NCBI GenBank assembly: GCA_004431415.1
Contig: QPMI01000005.1
Coordinates: forward strand, 558,001 to 622,000
Direction: 5' to 3'
Length of the DNA stretch: 64,000 bases
From: Cyanophora paradoxa CCMP329
Taxonomy: Eukaryota; Plantae; Glaucophyta
Part shown: in pieces, positions 1-10,500 of the stretch
Layout of the letters: every line of letters begins with the position of its first letter
Numbering within the stretch: position 1 is the first letter of the stretch
Position numbers and translations under genes: made by a program
The notes under the pieces: model-generated
What the model saw: only the letters and a program-made list of their open reading frames with translations
Databases searched by the model: none
What the model was told of the DNA's origin: nothing

Positions 1-1871
1 CGACCAGCGAAGCGCAGCCGCAAGGAGGAACCCTCCAGCAGCGCGGTTCCCTCGGAGGCGGTCAGCGGGCAGCAGGATTCGAATCCGTTCGCGCGCCTGC
101 CGGACGCGCTGGTGCAGCAGATCTTCAGCAACCTCGATGCCGGGAAGGCGTACGAGGAATCGAAGCTCTGGGCGGTAGATCGGCGGTTCCGGCAGCTGCT
201 GCCTGGCGTGCTCTGGAAGAGCCTGACTCTGGATGTTGATCGTAAAACCCGCGCCGGCAGCTTAGACCCGGTACAGCGATCGGAAAGCTTTCAGAAGCAG
301 CTGCAGCGCTTCACGAACCGCCTACAGCGCCGTCAATTGCTCGGCGTGCAGTTCCTGGCCTTCCAATCCGTGCTGCCAACAGAGCTCTTGCACGGCCTCC
401 TGTCCAACGACACTGAAGAAGATTGCGATAGGAGAAGGATGGAGCACGGTCGCCGTGTTACGAAGTGCATGACCGGTGCGCACGCGCGCCGCTTGAATTC
501 GATCCGTCGGCCTGAAACCACTCAATTCGCCCGCGCAGGATTGTTCGCCGCTGCCGCAACTGCGGCGGCTCCTGTCAAATCCGTCCGTTTCGGATCTGAC
601 TGGCATTGGTGGCTCTCGGCCGGCCGGCAGCGCGAGCTGAGTCCCCTGCCTGTGCTCTCCCTGAAGCACGTGGCGTCCTCGTTCCTGGTGGCCCTCTCGC
701 CAGCATCTCTGAATTCAATAAATCTTCCTTGCTCGAACTTCTCAGAGGTGGTTGCCTCCGTCGCGAAACCCGGTCCGCACCTGTCTGTGCATGCGGCGCT
801 TTGTCATTCCGCTTGTTCACATCGCGTCCAGGATGTGTGCCAGCGCTCAGGGAGCTCAGAGCTTATCATCAGAGCGACTCCAGCTGCGACGATTCGGAGC
901 AATTGTCGAGGCAGAGCGTTGTGCGTTTCTTCAGCTTCTCACGCAATCGCGCTCTGATGTTCTGACCGCCACGCAGGCCAGCGTGATTGCGGCGTTCTCG
1001 GAGCTGCGCTCGTTGCGAGTCAAGGTCCAGGACGGCGCAGCCCTGCAGGAGCTCGCCGGCTGCGCGCACCTGGAGGAGCTCGAAGTGTCCATCAAATCGG
1101 GCGACGAGCACGCCGCGGACGCGCTCGCCGCCATCGCGGCGGGCCCCTCCGCCGCGAAGCTGCGCAAGCTCCACCTGAGCGCTGTCGATACTCTTGCTCC
1201 TTTCCGCCCTGAGTGCCTCGCGTCCGTGCTGCGCTTCACCTCTCTCGAAGCGCTTTTCATCCCGGTCCGTGCCCCATGGCTGTTCCTTTGCCTTCTTTCG
1301 GCTCACCGGATTTCCCGCGCAGGTCAGGCCGGACTGGGCCAACGTCCTGCCGGCCCTGGGCTGCCTGGCGCAGCTTAAGAACCTGAAGCTGCTGTTGGAT
1401 GTCTCTGGGGCAGCCGACGGCGGCGCGGGCCTTCTGCGCGCCGGCGCGGCACTGCTTGGCAGCCGGGCAGGGCAGGGGCTCGAGGAGTGCAGGATGCGCA
1501 TCCGCGCCAACAAGCGAACCCTCTGCTATGACGTCGCGGCTCTGGGCGAGCTTTTCGGGGCAGTCCTCCGCTCTGCTTCCACTGTCGATTTTCAGCTAGA
1601 CCGCGCTTTCCCTGCTGAAGTTCTTGCATCGGTAGCCTCCTGTGGCCCACGGCTCCGCAGGCTTTCTATTTCGAGTAAGCTGCCTCCGGGCAATGATGCC
1701 ATGTGCAAGCTCGCCCCTTTTCGCGAGCTGCTAGCCCTTTCTCCAGAGAACCACCCGGGGCTCTCCGTTTTCTGCAAGGTAACATTGCCGGCGGAGCTGC
1801 TAGATTATGCTGAGCAGATTCTTAAAAGCTGGTTTAGCAACTCTGAGGTAGTGAAGTTCACAGTTCTTTGA
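1..1871 (+). CDS. F-box/LRR-like protein, copy 1 (5' end outside window; intron-containing)
   Basis: AKRSRK basic motif, then F-box-like NPFARLPDALVQQIFSNLD...LWAVDRRFRQLLPGVLW. LRR-like segments (LRSLRV, LEELEV, LRKLHL, LKNLKL, LRRLSI) are split by short introns. Stop at 1869-1871. Four paralogues in the window. Confidence 0.8.
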
Positions 1872-1961
1872 AACCTTGTGTGAAGTGAAGCGGTGTCACT
1901 TCGAATCTTTGAAATCAAACAACGAACCGCTCCGCCCGGAATCGCTTGCGGAATACTCCTA

Positions 1962-3290
1962 ATTGCGCGGCTGGGATGGGAGAGGAGCGGGCGCGCATCA
2001 TGGCGGCGAGCGGGGACGGGTTGGGCGAGGGGCGCCCCGAGGGGGCCGGCGAGCCCGAGGGCGGGAGACTCGCACCGGGCGGCGGCTAGCTGAGCTATAC
2101 GGCTGCGGCCCGCGGCCCGCCCCCCGGAGCCGGAAGAAGAGGCCGTGCCTGCAGGCGACGTTCCCGAGCTGCCACTGCTTCCGGTAGTAGTCCACCACGA
2201 ACCGCTCCGCCCGAAAGCCGAACCGCTGCGGCCGACGGATCAGTTACTGCACGAGAGGGCGGGCAGGCGGCGGAGGAGCGGCGAGGGGTGGGGGGGGAGG
2301 GGGGAGGGGGGGGGGAGGGGGGGAGTACCTAGTGGAAGCCGTTGTCCGTCCCTGCGTGGGCGGTGGCGTCTCGCGCTGGGCACAGTTGCCGAGGCCGTGT
2401 CAGGAACAGGGAGAAAGTGGCCTCCAGGGAGAGGGGGGGTACGGCTTGCCTGCAGGATGGAGTACAGGAGGAAAGAGGCCGCGCCCGAGCGGCGCCAATG
2501 CAGGTCCACTCCGGGGTACAGCACGTACCTGAAGCCTCGTCAGGCCGGGGTACAGCGATCTTGAGAGAGCAGGCGTACCCCCGGTTGGTCATGACTGCGC
2601 AGCCGATGACGCGCTTGCGGTACAGGGCGACGGCGGTGAGCTCCGGGAACGCCGCGGCCGCCTCATGATCAGAGGCTGCGGCGGCGCGTGAGCGGGGCAC
2701 ATCGAAGCAGGAGGGGTACGGCTCACTGTCGATGTTGGGCCACAGGACCTCCGAAAGGAGGCGGTTCGCCTGCGCGCGGGGCGGGTCGGCGGGCTGCGGG
2801 CGGGGGTACAGCGGCGGGGCGGACCTGCGGGACCAGGTGCGGCTGCAGGTGGCAGTAGTCGATGGGCGCCCGCTGGTACGGCCCCGCCACGTCGCGCGCG
2901 GTGCCGAGCCTGCGGGCGGGCGGGTGTCGCGGGTGGAGAGGGTCCGGCGCGCGGCGGCGGGCCGCACCGCCTCGCTGTGGCGACCAGCTCTTCCAGCAGC
3001 GCCACGTGCCGCGGGCGCGTCTCCGAGTCCCGCCGAATGTAGGGCTGCAGGGGCCACGCGTCGGGGGCGCGCGGGCGGGGGAGGGGGGGGGGGGTAGGGG
3101 TACACGGACCTTGAGAACGCGGCCTGTGGCGCCGGCGACGACGTAGGAGGGCTCCGTGTGCCAGCCACCGAGCGGCGTCGACTCGAAGGCACCGTGGCCG
3201 CGCGCGTCGGCTGCGGTGGCCGCGCGTCGGGGGCGGTGGCCGCGCGTCGGGGGCGCGCTCGCGCGGGAGGGGGGTACGCGGACCTCGGCG
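1962..3290 (-). pseudogene. Inverted partial duplicate of KAT14/CSRP2BP (3' half)
   Basis: Near-identical to the reverse complement of ~28350-29540 (GAFESTPLGGWHTEPSYVV, PIDYCHLQPHLVPQ, VALYRKRVIGCAVM, DYYRKQWQLGNVACRHGLFFRL). Lacks the 5' exons, has a deletion ending in TAG near 2330 and a 17-bp insertion near 2088. Confidence 0.8.
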
Positions 3291-4064
3291 TGGGCCGGGG
3301 TAGCAATCGCAATCGCAACGAGGTCGGTGGAGGCCTCGCCCAATGCGACCCACGCATTTGGCCATCCGCCCCCCCGGCCCGCCGGCTGATCGCAGTGGGC
3401 GGGGGGGCGATGGGCCGCAGCGTGCGCGGGTGCAAGGCGCTGCTGTCGACGGCGCGCGCGGATGGCGCGGACGGGGCGGGCAGGCCCATCCCCGGCCACA
3501 GGATCGGCCGCACCGGTACCGGCTCCAGCCTTCTCCTTCGGAGACCGCCGTGCTGCACCGCAAGCGTCGCCACGCCGCGAGCAGCCGCCTGCCACCAGGA
3601 CAGCGGCGTGCGGGGCGGAACGTGAGCGCGGGCGGATCGACGGCGAGGCGCGGTGGAGGGCGTCGCTCACCGGGCAAATCTCGCGGAGGCGGAGGGAGGT
3701 GGGCGCTTGCCAGATCCACAGGCGTGGGCTGTTGCCGCCCAAGCATCGTTTGCATCGCTTGCCATCGCGCATCAGGTAAGGCGGTAGCGCAGACTCGAGC
3801 TTTAGCTGCGCCGCAGCCTGCGCGGAAGAAGCGGCTGGCTCTGATGCGCAGGCGGCGACAGCCCAAGTGGGCTGTGCGGTTAGCAACGCCGCAAAAAAAA
3901 GCCCGGGGGCGACAAGTAAGACGGGTAGACGCGTCGCTCGGCGTGCTCCAGCGCTTGGATCCGGATCGTCCGGCTCTGCCGCACACGCTTGTAGCGCCGC
4001 GCGACCTGCAGCTCGCTGCTGCCCGCCGGCCCGCTCCGGATCCGCCTCGAGAAGCCGCAACGAT

Positions 4065-6052
4065 ATGGCCCAGGAGCGAGCAGCGAAGCGCAGCCGTAAG
4101 GAAGAGCCCTCCAGCAGCCTGACAGACCCGTCGGGGACGGCCAGCGTGCAGCAGGGATCGAATCCGTTCGCGCGCCTACCGGACGCGTTGGTGCAGCAGA
4201 TTCTCAGCAACATCGATGCTTTAGGGGCGTACAAGCATTCGAAGCTCTGGGCGGTAGATCGTCGGTTCCGGCAGCTGCTGCCCGGCGTGCTGTGGAAGAG
4301 CATCGAATTTGACGCCAGCGCAGTTAAAGCCGAGGACACCGAGTCGCAGTCGAACGGCTTCCAGAAGCAGCTGAAACGCTTTGCAGAGCTCCTCGGGAGC
4401 CGCCAGATGCTCGGCGTGAAGCATCTGGACATCAGCTGCGTGCTGCCTCCGAATTATGAAGAGGAACTGGAATACAGCAACAGAAACGAGAAGGAGATCA
4501 TGGAGCACGCCCAATGCATTTCAAATTGCATCGCTGGTGCCGCCCGCTTGCGCCTCCCTTTGAATCCGCATCAAACTGATGATGCTCGTCCCTCCGCGCA
4601 GGCCTGCTCGCCGCTGCCGCGACTGCCGCGGCTCCGCCCGAGTCGATCGATTTCCGAGCTACGTGGGACTGGTGGATCCCGACCGACAGGCAGCGCGAGC
4701 TGGGGCTCAAACCCATCTCCCTGGAGCAAGCGGCGACCACGTTCATGGTGGCAGTCTCGCCTGCACCTCTAAAGTCGATGAAAGTGTCCTCCTGCGAATT
4801 CTTTCTAACTGCGCTCGCTTCCGTTGTGAAACCAGGTTCGCTCCTCTTCGCAGTGCTCCAGCCTGCCGCCGCCGTTTGCTTACGTTGCGCACAGCCCATG
4901 CACAATCTCTCCTAAAATTCAACGTCGGGAACGTTGACACTGTGGCGTTGTCGAAGGATCACGTCGTGAGTTCTATCGGCCTCTCACGCGCACGTCTAGT
5001 CGTGTGCTCACTCCCTGTCGCCCCGGCCTGCAGGCCCGCCTGGTTGCGGAGTTCCCTGCGCTGCGCTCGCTAAACGCACGGGTTGAAGGCGGCGAGGCGC
5101 TGCAGGAGATCGCGGGCTGCGCGCACCTGGAGGAGCTCATCGTGTCCATCAAGTCGGTCGACGAGCACGTCGCCGACGCGCTTGCCGCCATTGCGGCGGG
5201 CCCGTCCGCCGCGAAGCTGCGCAAGCTCGTCCTCAGCGGCATCAAGTCCTTCTGCGGGGACCCCAAGAACCGAGCTCGTCTCGACGCTCAAAGCCTCGCC
5301 TCCGTGCTGCGCCTCTCCTCTCTCGAGGAGGTCTCCATCTCGGTCCGTACCCCTCCCCCCTCCTCCCCCCTCCCGCCCCCTCTCCCTCCCCTCGCTCCCC
5401 TCCCGCCCCTCTCCCCACCCCTCCCCCCAATCCCGCCCCTCCCCCCCCCCCCCCCGCCCCCCGCCCCCTCCTTTTACGGCCATACTTTCGGCCCCCCCGA
5501 TTACCCGCGCAGGTTCGGCCGGACTGCGCCGCCCTCCTGCCCGCCCTGGGCCGCCTGGAGCGGCTGAGGGTGGTCGACCTCACTTTGAACCTTTTGGGAG
5601 CGGCAGCCGGCGGCGCGGGGCTCCTGCGCGCCGGCGCGGAGCTGCTCCGCAGCCGGGCCGGACAGGGGCTGAAGAAGTGCAATATGAACGTCTGGTACTC
5701 GAAGCGAGGCTTTTGTCCCAGCGCCCTGCGCGAGCTTTTCGGGGCCTCCCTGGCCTCCGCTCCCGTAGTTGATTTTAAGATAGACGGCGCTTTCCCTGCC
5801 GAGGCCCTCGCATTGGTAGCCTCCTGCAGCCCGCGGCTCCGCAGGCTTTCTCTTTCCTGCTGCATACCTTCCGGCGACGATGCCGTATCCGAGCTCATCC
5901 CTCTCCGCGAGCTGCTCGCCCTTTCCCCAGAGAGCCACCCGGGGCTTTCTCTTCGTTTATACATTCATGGGCTGTGGTTAGAATACACTGCCAAGCAAAT
6001 TCTCAGTAATTGGTTCAGGAGCTCTAAGATAGTGAGGCTTATTTTTAAGTGA
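4065..6052 (+). CDS. F-box/LRR-like protein, copy 2
   Basis: ATG 4065 MAQERAAKRSRKEEPSSS...NPFARLPDALVQQILSNID. Same exon layout as the paralogues. Ends ...NWFRSSKIVRLIFK* at 6052. Confidence 0.8.
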
Positions 6053-6254
6053 AATAACACACGTATACGTAGCTTCGGAAGTCGTAGCTTCTACGGGAAG
6101 GTAAATTCGATGGGGCAGCATATGCATGCGAGTACTCCAGCTCTCTGCCAGCTCTCCGCTGTACTTCAAACTGGGAACAGACGACACATAGGGGTGCATA
6201 AAGTGATAGAAATCACTGATCATGAGTCATAGAATAGCAAAAGGGGAAAGCCGG

Positions 6255-6625
6255 GGAGACCGAACCTCTTCTAAGTAACTTCCGAAGTTCTCTACTTGCA
6301 AATTGAGAGCACGCCGTGACGGGAAATTAAAATTAAATGCGCACTGGGTGAAGCTTGAGGCCCTGAGGGGTGAAAGGGGAAAAAGGCAAGGCCGGCGGCC
6401 CGCGCTAGCCGAAGCATATGGCGACGTATACGTAGGCTAGCCTAGTAGGGGCCGGGCCGGCGGGGCCGGCAGCGGATAGCGCCCATTGTCGATGGCCCAG
6501 TCACTGAGTGGATCGGAGAAGTGCGTGTCCGACCGTCGGACGGTCGGAGTAGTCCCGGGTCCTCCAGCACCGCCCAGGGGTCCGACGGTCGATGCCATGA
6601 TGAGGGGCCCCAGCGCTGGCCCCAT
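6255..6625 (-). pseudogene. Degenerate copy of the MED12 last-exon end and 3' flank
   Basis: Aligns with ~19670-19890 (aaggcaaggccggcggccc.gctagccga...tcctccagcaccg.ccaggggtc) but is interrupted by many 5-16-bp palindromic insertions. Confidence 0.75.
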
Positions 6626-6858
6626 TCTTATTCTAAGGTAGCCTAGTAGTAAAGAATTAGGTGTTGAAATCACGTGCACAGTTCACCGTCGCAACTTGGC
6701 AATCCGCATTCCATGATGGTCGAGTTCATGCTGGTTCAAATTCAATCAATAGCTTCGATTCCGTGCACGTGGGACAGACATTCGGACTGCAAAAAGAGAT
6801 TGAGACACCGGCGCGGCGCCGCACATACCTGCCTAGCCTATAGCTATACCTTCTATTG

Positions 6859-7156
6859 TGTTGCCGATAGGGTTTCCTAGCCGTTAGTGCTTCGTTTGCA
6901 CTTCGTTCGCAGTAGTACCGTGACTTGACCCGCGGCTTCTCGCGATTTCCTGAGTCACTGTACCCCTGTACGAAGATGCGACCCTAGCTACTTTTTCTGA
7001 CTCTAGCTTGATACTTTCCGGTAGCCGTGTCCTAGGGTACACAGTAGTCTGTGATTAGCAGCTTTCTCTTGCAACGTGACAGCCTGCTCGCCTGCTGCTG
7101 GTACGCTACGGGAAGGTTGCTAAGGTCTACTGGGACGTATAAAACCTCCTAAAACA
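6859..7156 (+). repeat. 5' LTR
   Basis: tgttgccgatag...cctcctaaaaca; no difference from 19328-19625 by eye. Confidence 0.97.
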
Positions 7157-7597
7157 TCCTCGCCGGGACCAGCGCACGCCAGCTGACGGACTTGCTGCGC
7201 ACGTCCGTTGGCCGCGAGCGTGAACCCGCTGGACTACGAGGAGGCGAACGCTTGACGCTTTCGGAGAGCACCGCTACTGGCGGACGCACTCCGCTGACCC
7301 GCCTCGCCGCCGACGCTTCCCTTCTCGAAGCTTCGGACGCGCCTCCGCCGCTCACTCGCGCAGTTGGGGAGCAGCCCGCCGTACCGCGGCATCGGCTAGC
7401 TCCCTGGCTCATCGTTCGTGCCGCGCGCGCATCGGGGATCGGTTGCGGCGGTCCGACTCGAACGACGGTCACGGGCCAGCTCGCGTACCGTACTGCGGTC
7501 GCGGCCCGACGGCAACGTCTACGTCGAACGACCGCGTGATGGAGCGCGAAGGCATGACTTCCGGCGAGATGGCCCGACCTTCCCCGGCCAACTGACA

Positions 7598-10500
7598 ATG
7601 CTCAACCGCACGGCCCGAGTCGCAGCGGCGCACGCCGAGGAGATCGCGCGCCGGCGGGTCATGGGCGCGGAGCCGCCGCAGGCGATCAAGATGGAGGACG
7701 GCAAGATGGGCCACACCACCGGGATTCCCGTCTCGCCCAACGGCGTCTTCCAACATCACAACGCCATCCGTTCGGCTACTCGCGGAGACAAGAAGTACTC
7801 CCTGCTGGACGACGGTTCGCAGGCGGCGTACCACGCCGTCGATTTCGGTGTCCGTTCGCTGCCGGCGGGACTAACGGAAGTCTACCGTTCGACGGTCGAG
7901 TTGCACCGGTCTCTCGTCGAAAACCTCGTCGACGCAGAGAGCGAGCTCACGAAGGCGAAGGCGACACTCGCGACGGCTACGGAGGAGGCGGCCAAGGAGG
8001 CGGCGCAGAAGGCCGTCCAGACGCGACAGGCCGTCGTCGACAAACTCCGGGCTGAGATGCCCTCGGACATTATTCGCGGCGTCCCCTCGTACATTAAGAG
8101 CCTCGTTCGCATGATTGACCCCGCTGAGCGCAAGCGTCTCAAGGAGGAGCTCATCGCGGCGTACGATGGCACTCAACTGGACCGTATTTTCGCCAACATC
8201 TGTGACCTCATCGCGTTCACTGACCTGCCGCGTGACAAGACGGGCCACACTGTGCAGGCGCTGGACGTCTATGACACGCTCGAGCAGCAGATCACGGAGC
8301 GCAAGACGCTACACCACGGCCTGTACTCCGGCCTCCCGTACGAGCAGCAGCGCAAGGCCAATTACGACCTGGCGCTGAATCTACTGCCGAAGCTGAAGAC
8401 GATGGCGCAGGACCTGTCGCCGACCGATGGGATGACTCCCAAGGACAAGGAGACCTGGTTTAACCTCTTCTGCACTCGTGCGCAGTCGCTCATTCGGGAG
8501 GCGGGCTTTCTGATTGTGACGACGACTGCTGGGGAGCCCTCGATTCCTACTGGGAATTCGAAGAAGGGCGCCAGCATCAACGCGGCGAACGTCGACGGGT
8601 ACGATTACGACAACGATGGCGACGACGGGTACACGGCGCCGTACAGCGGCACTCCGTACACCCCACCACCTTCGTCGTCCCCTGCGCCCTCGGCCCCGCA
8701 CTCGCAGTTACTCGGCTCTTCGGTCAATCTCGTCCACACGACGCCGTCGACCCCGCCGACAACCAATCCGATCTACCAATCCGCCCTCCCCGCGCCCCAG
8801 CAGCCGGCGCCGGGCCACAAGCCCGTCCCCGGCTGCTGCGACTGGCACGCACCGGTGCCCGGGAAGGACTACGGCAATCGCCCGCCCATCGGCCGCCCCT
8901 ACGATTACGCCCGTACGCAGACGGTCACGGCGATCCGTACGAGCCAGGGCTACCCGCGCGACGCGCGCCCGAGGGTGAGGCCCGGCACCAACGATCACAT
9001 TTGCACACGTTGTCGGTCGTTGGGAGCCGCGGACATCCATCACTACTCTGACGACTACCACGAGTGTTGCTCTCACCCGTACCGTCGGGAACTACTCAAA
9101 TTCGTCAACCAAGGCTGCCAAGACCCCGAGGTCCTGGCTGCGGCCCGCCTCTGCGGCCTCATCCCTGGCGGCCCGCAGGCACCGTCCTACAACGCGGTCC
9201 CCCGCCGTCGAACTCTGTACCCGTCGCTCCGGCGCAGCTACAAACCGCCCCTTGCAGGAACTGCGGCGAGCACGGCCACCACGCGTCGGCGTGCACGAAG
9301 CCGGTGCGCTGCTACAACTGCGGAGGGAGGGTCACACGCAGAACCGCTGCCCCAGTGGCAAGCGCCAGCACGACGGCGGTCCCCCACACGGTCCGTCCCC
9401 GAAGCGTGGCCCCGATGGTGGTGCTGGCGGCGCAGGAGGCGGCGGGCACCGTGGTGGCCATCGCGGCGGTGGCAGGGGCGGCTACCAGAGCGGCGGTGGA
9501 GGCGGCGGCCAAGGCGGGACGGGATCTAACGCCACCCTCCTCGGCAATCCCGCCCCGATGCAGCGCCCGACTGGCCCCGTTGTTGACGCGCCGTCTTCGC
9601 GCCCGACTGGCCCCGTTGTTGACGCGCCGTCTTCGCGCCCGGCTGGCCCCGTCACTGACGCGCTGCCTTCGCGCCCGACTGGCTCCGTTGCTGACGCGCC
9701 GTCTCCGCGCCCGACCGGCCCCATCGCTAACGCGCCGCCCCCGAACCCTCGCCCGACTGACCACGGAGACGCCGTGCAGTCCGGTGGTCCTGACTCGGGC
9801 CGGGAGACCGAGGCTACGACGGACAGCCTGGCCATGGTACCGATCGCTCCGGTGCAAACTGTCCCGATCACGCCGACGCAGCCCTCGGCATCGGACATCG
9901 CGCACTTCGTTCGGGACGTCAACGCCACGACGGCGACGCAGCCGGTAACGTCGGCGGCGGAGAGGACGGCCCCCGTCCCCGTCGCCATCCCCGTCGCTGA
10001 ACCCGCGTCGCCGTCCCCCTCGTCGACTCACGCGACCGGCCCGTCGTCGCCGGCCCCGTCTGACTTGTCGACAGAGATGGAAACGGGAAGCCGTACTGCG
10101 GCCGAGTCCCGTGTTCCAATTCGGTGTGCGCAGCCCCGGCGGGGCGTCACTGCCGGCAGTATCCGCGACCTCATCAACGCTGGCCTCCGCCGGCACGACC
10201 ACACTCGCATGTCCGCCGCCTTGGCTCCCGTCACGTCCAAGAAAACCCCGCTCTTCACTCGAAACTTTGGCCGTATGCACCGCCCGCGCCCGAACGCCAT
10301 CAATCCCGTCGCCCGCGTCGCAGTCACGAGGTCGCTCACCTTCGCGGCCGCCCCCTCGGCGAAGAGCACGAACTCCGACGCTGACTCTGTGCGGGAGCCG
10401 AAGACCCGGACGTACTGCGCCCTGGGGGACCCCGTCACAGAGTCGCCGATGGACACTGCACTCGGCCCGCTAACCTCCAAATCGAGCACCGACTCCCCCG

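Noticed and set aside
5345-5511. Poly-proline protein segments (also ~43470, ~47400, ~60480)
   Set aside because: They are C/G homopolymer tracts inside introns or pseudogene introns.
9564-9743. 36-bp repeats as a CRISPR array
   Set aside because: Units are contiguous with no spacers, keep frame within Gag, and the context is eukaryotic with no cas genes.
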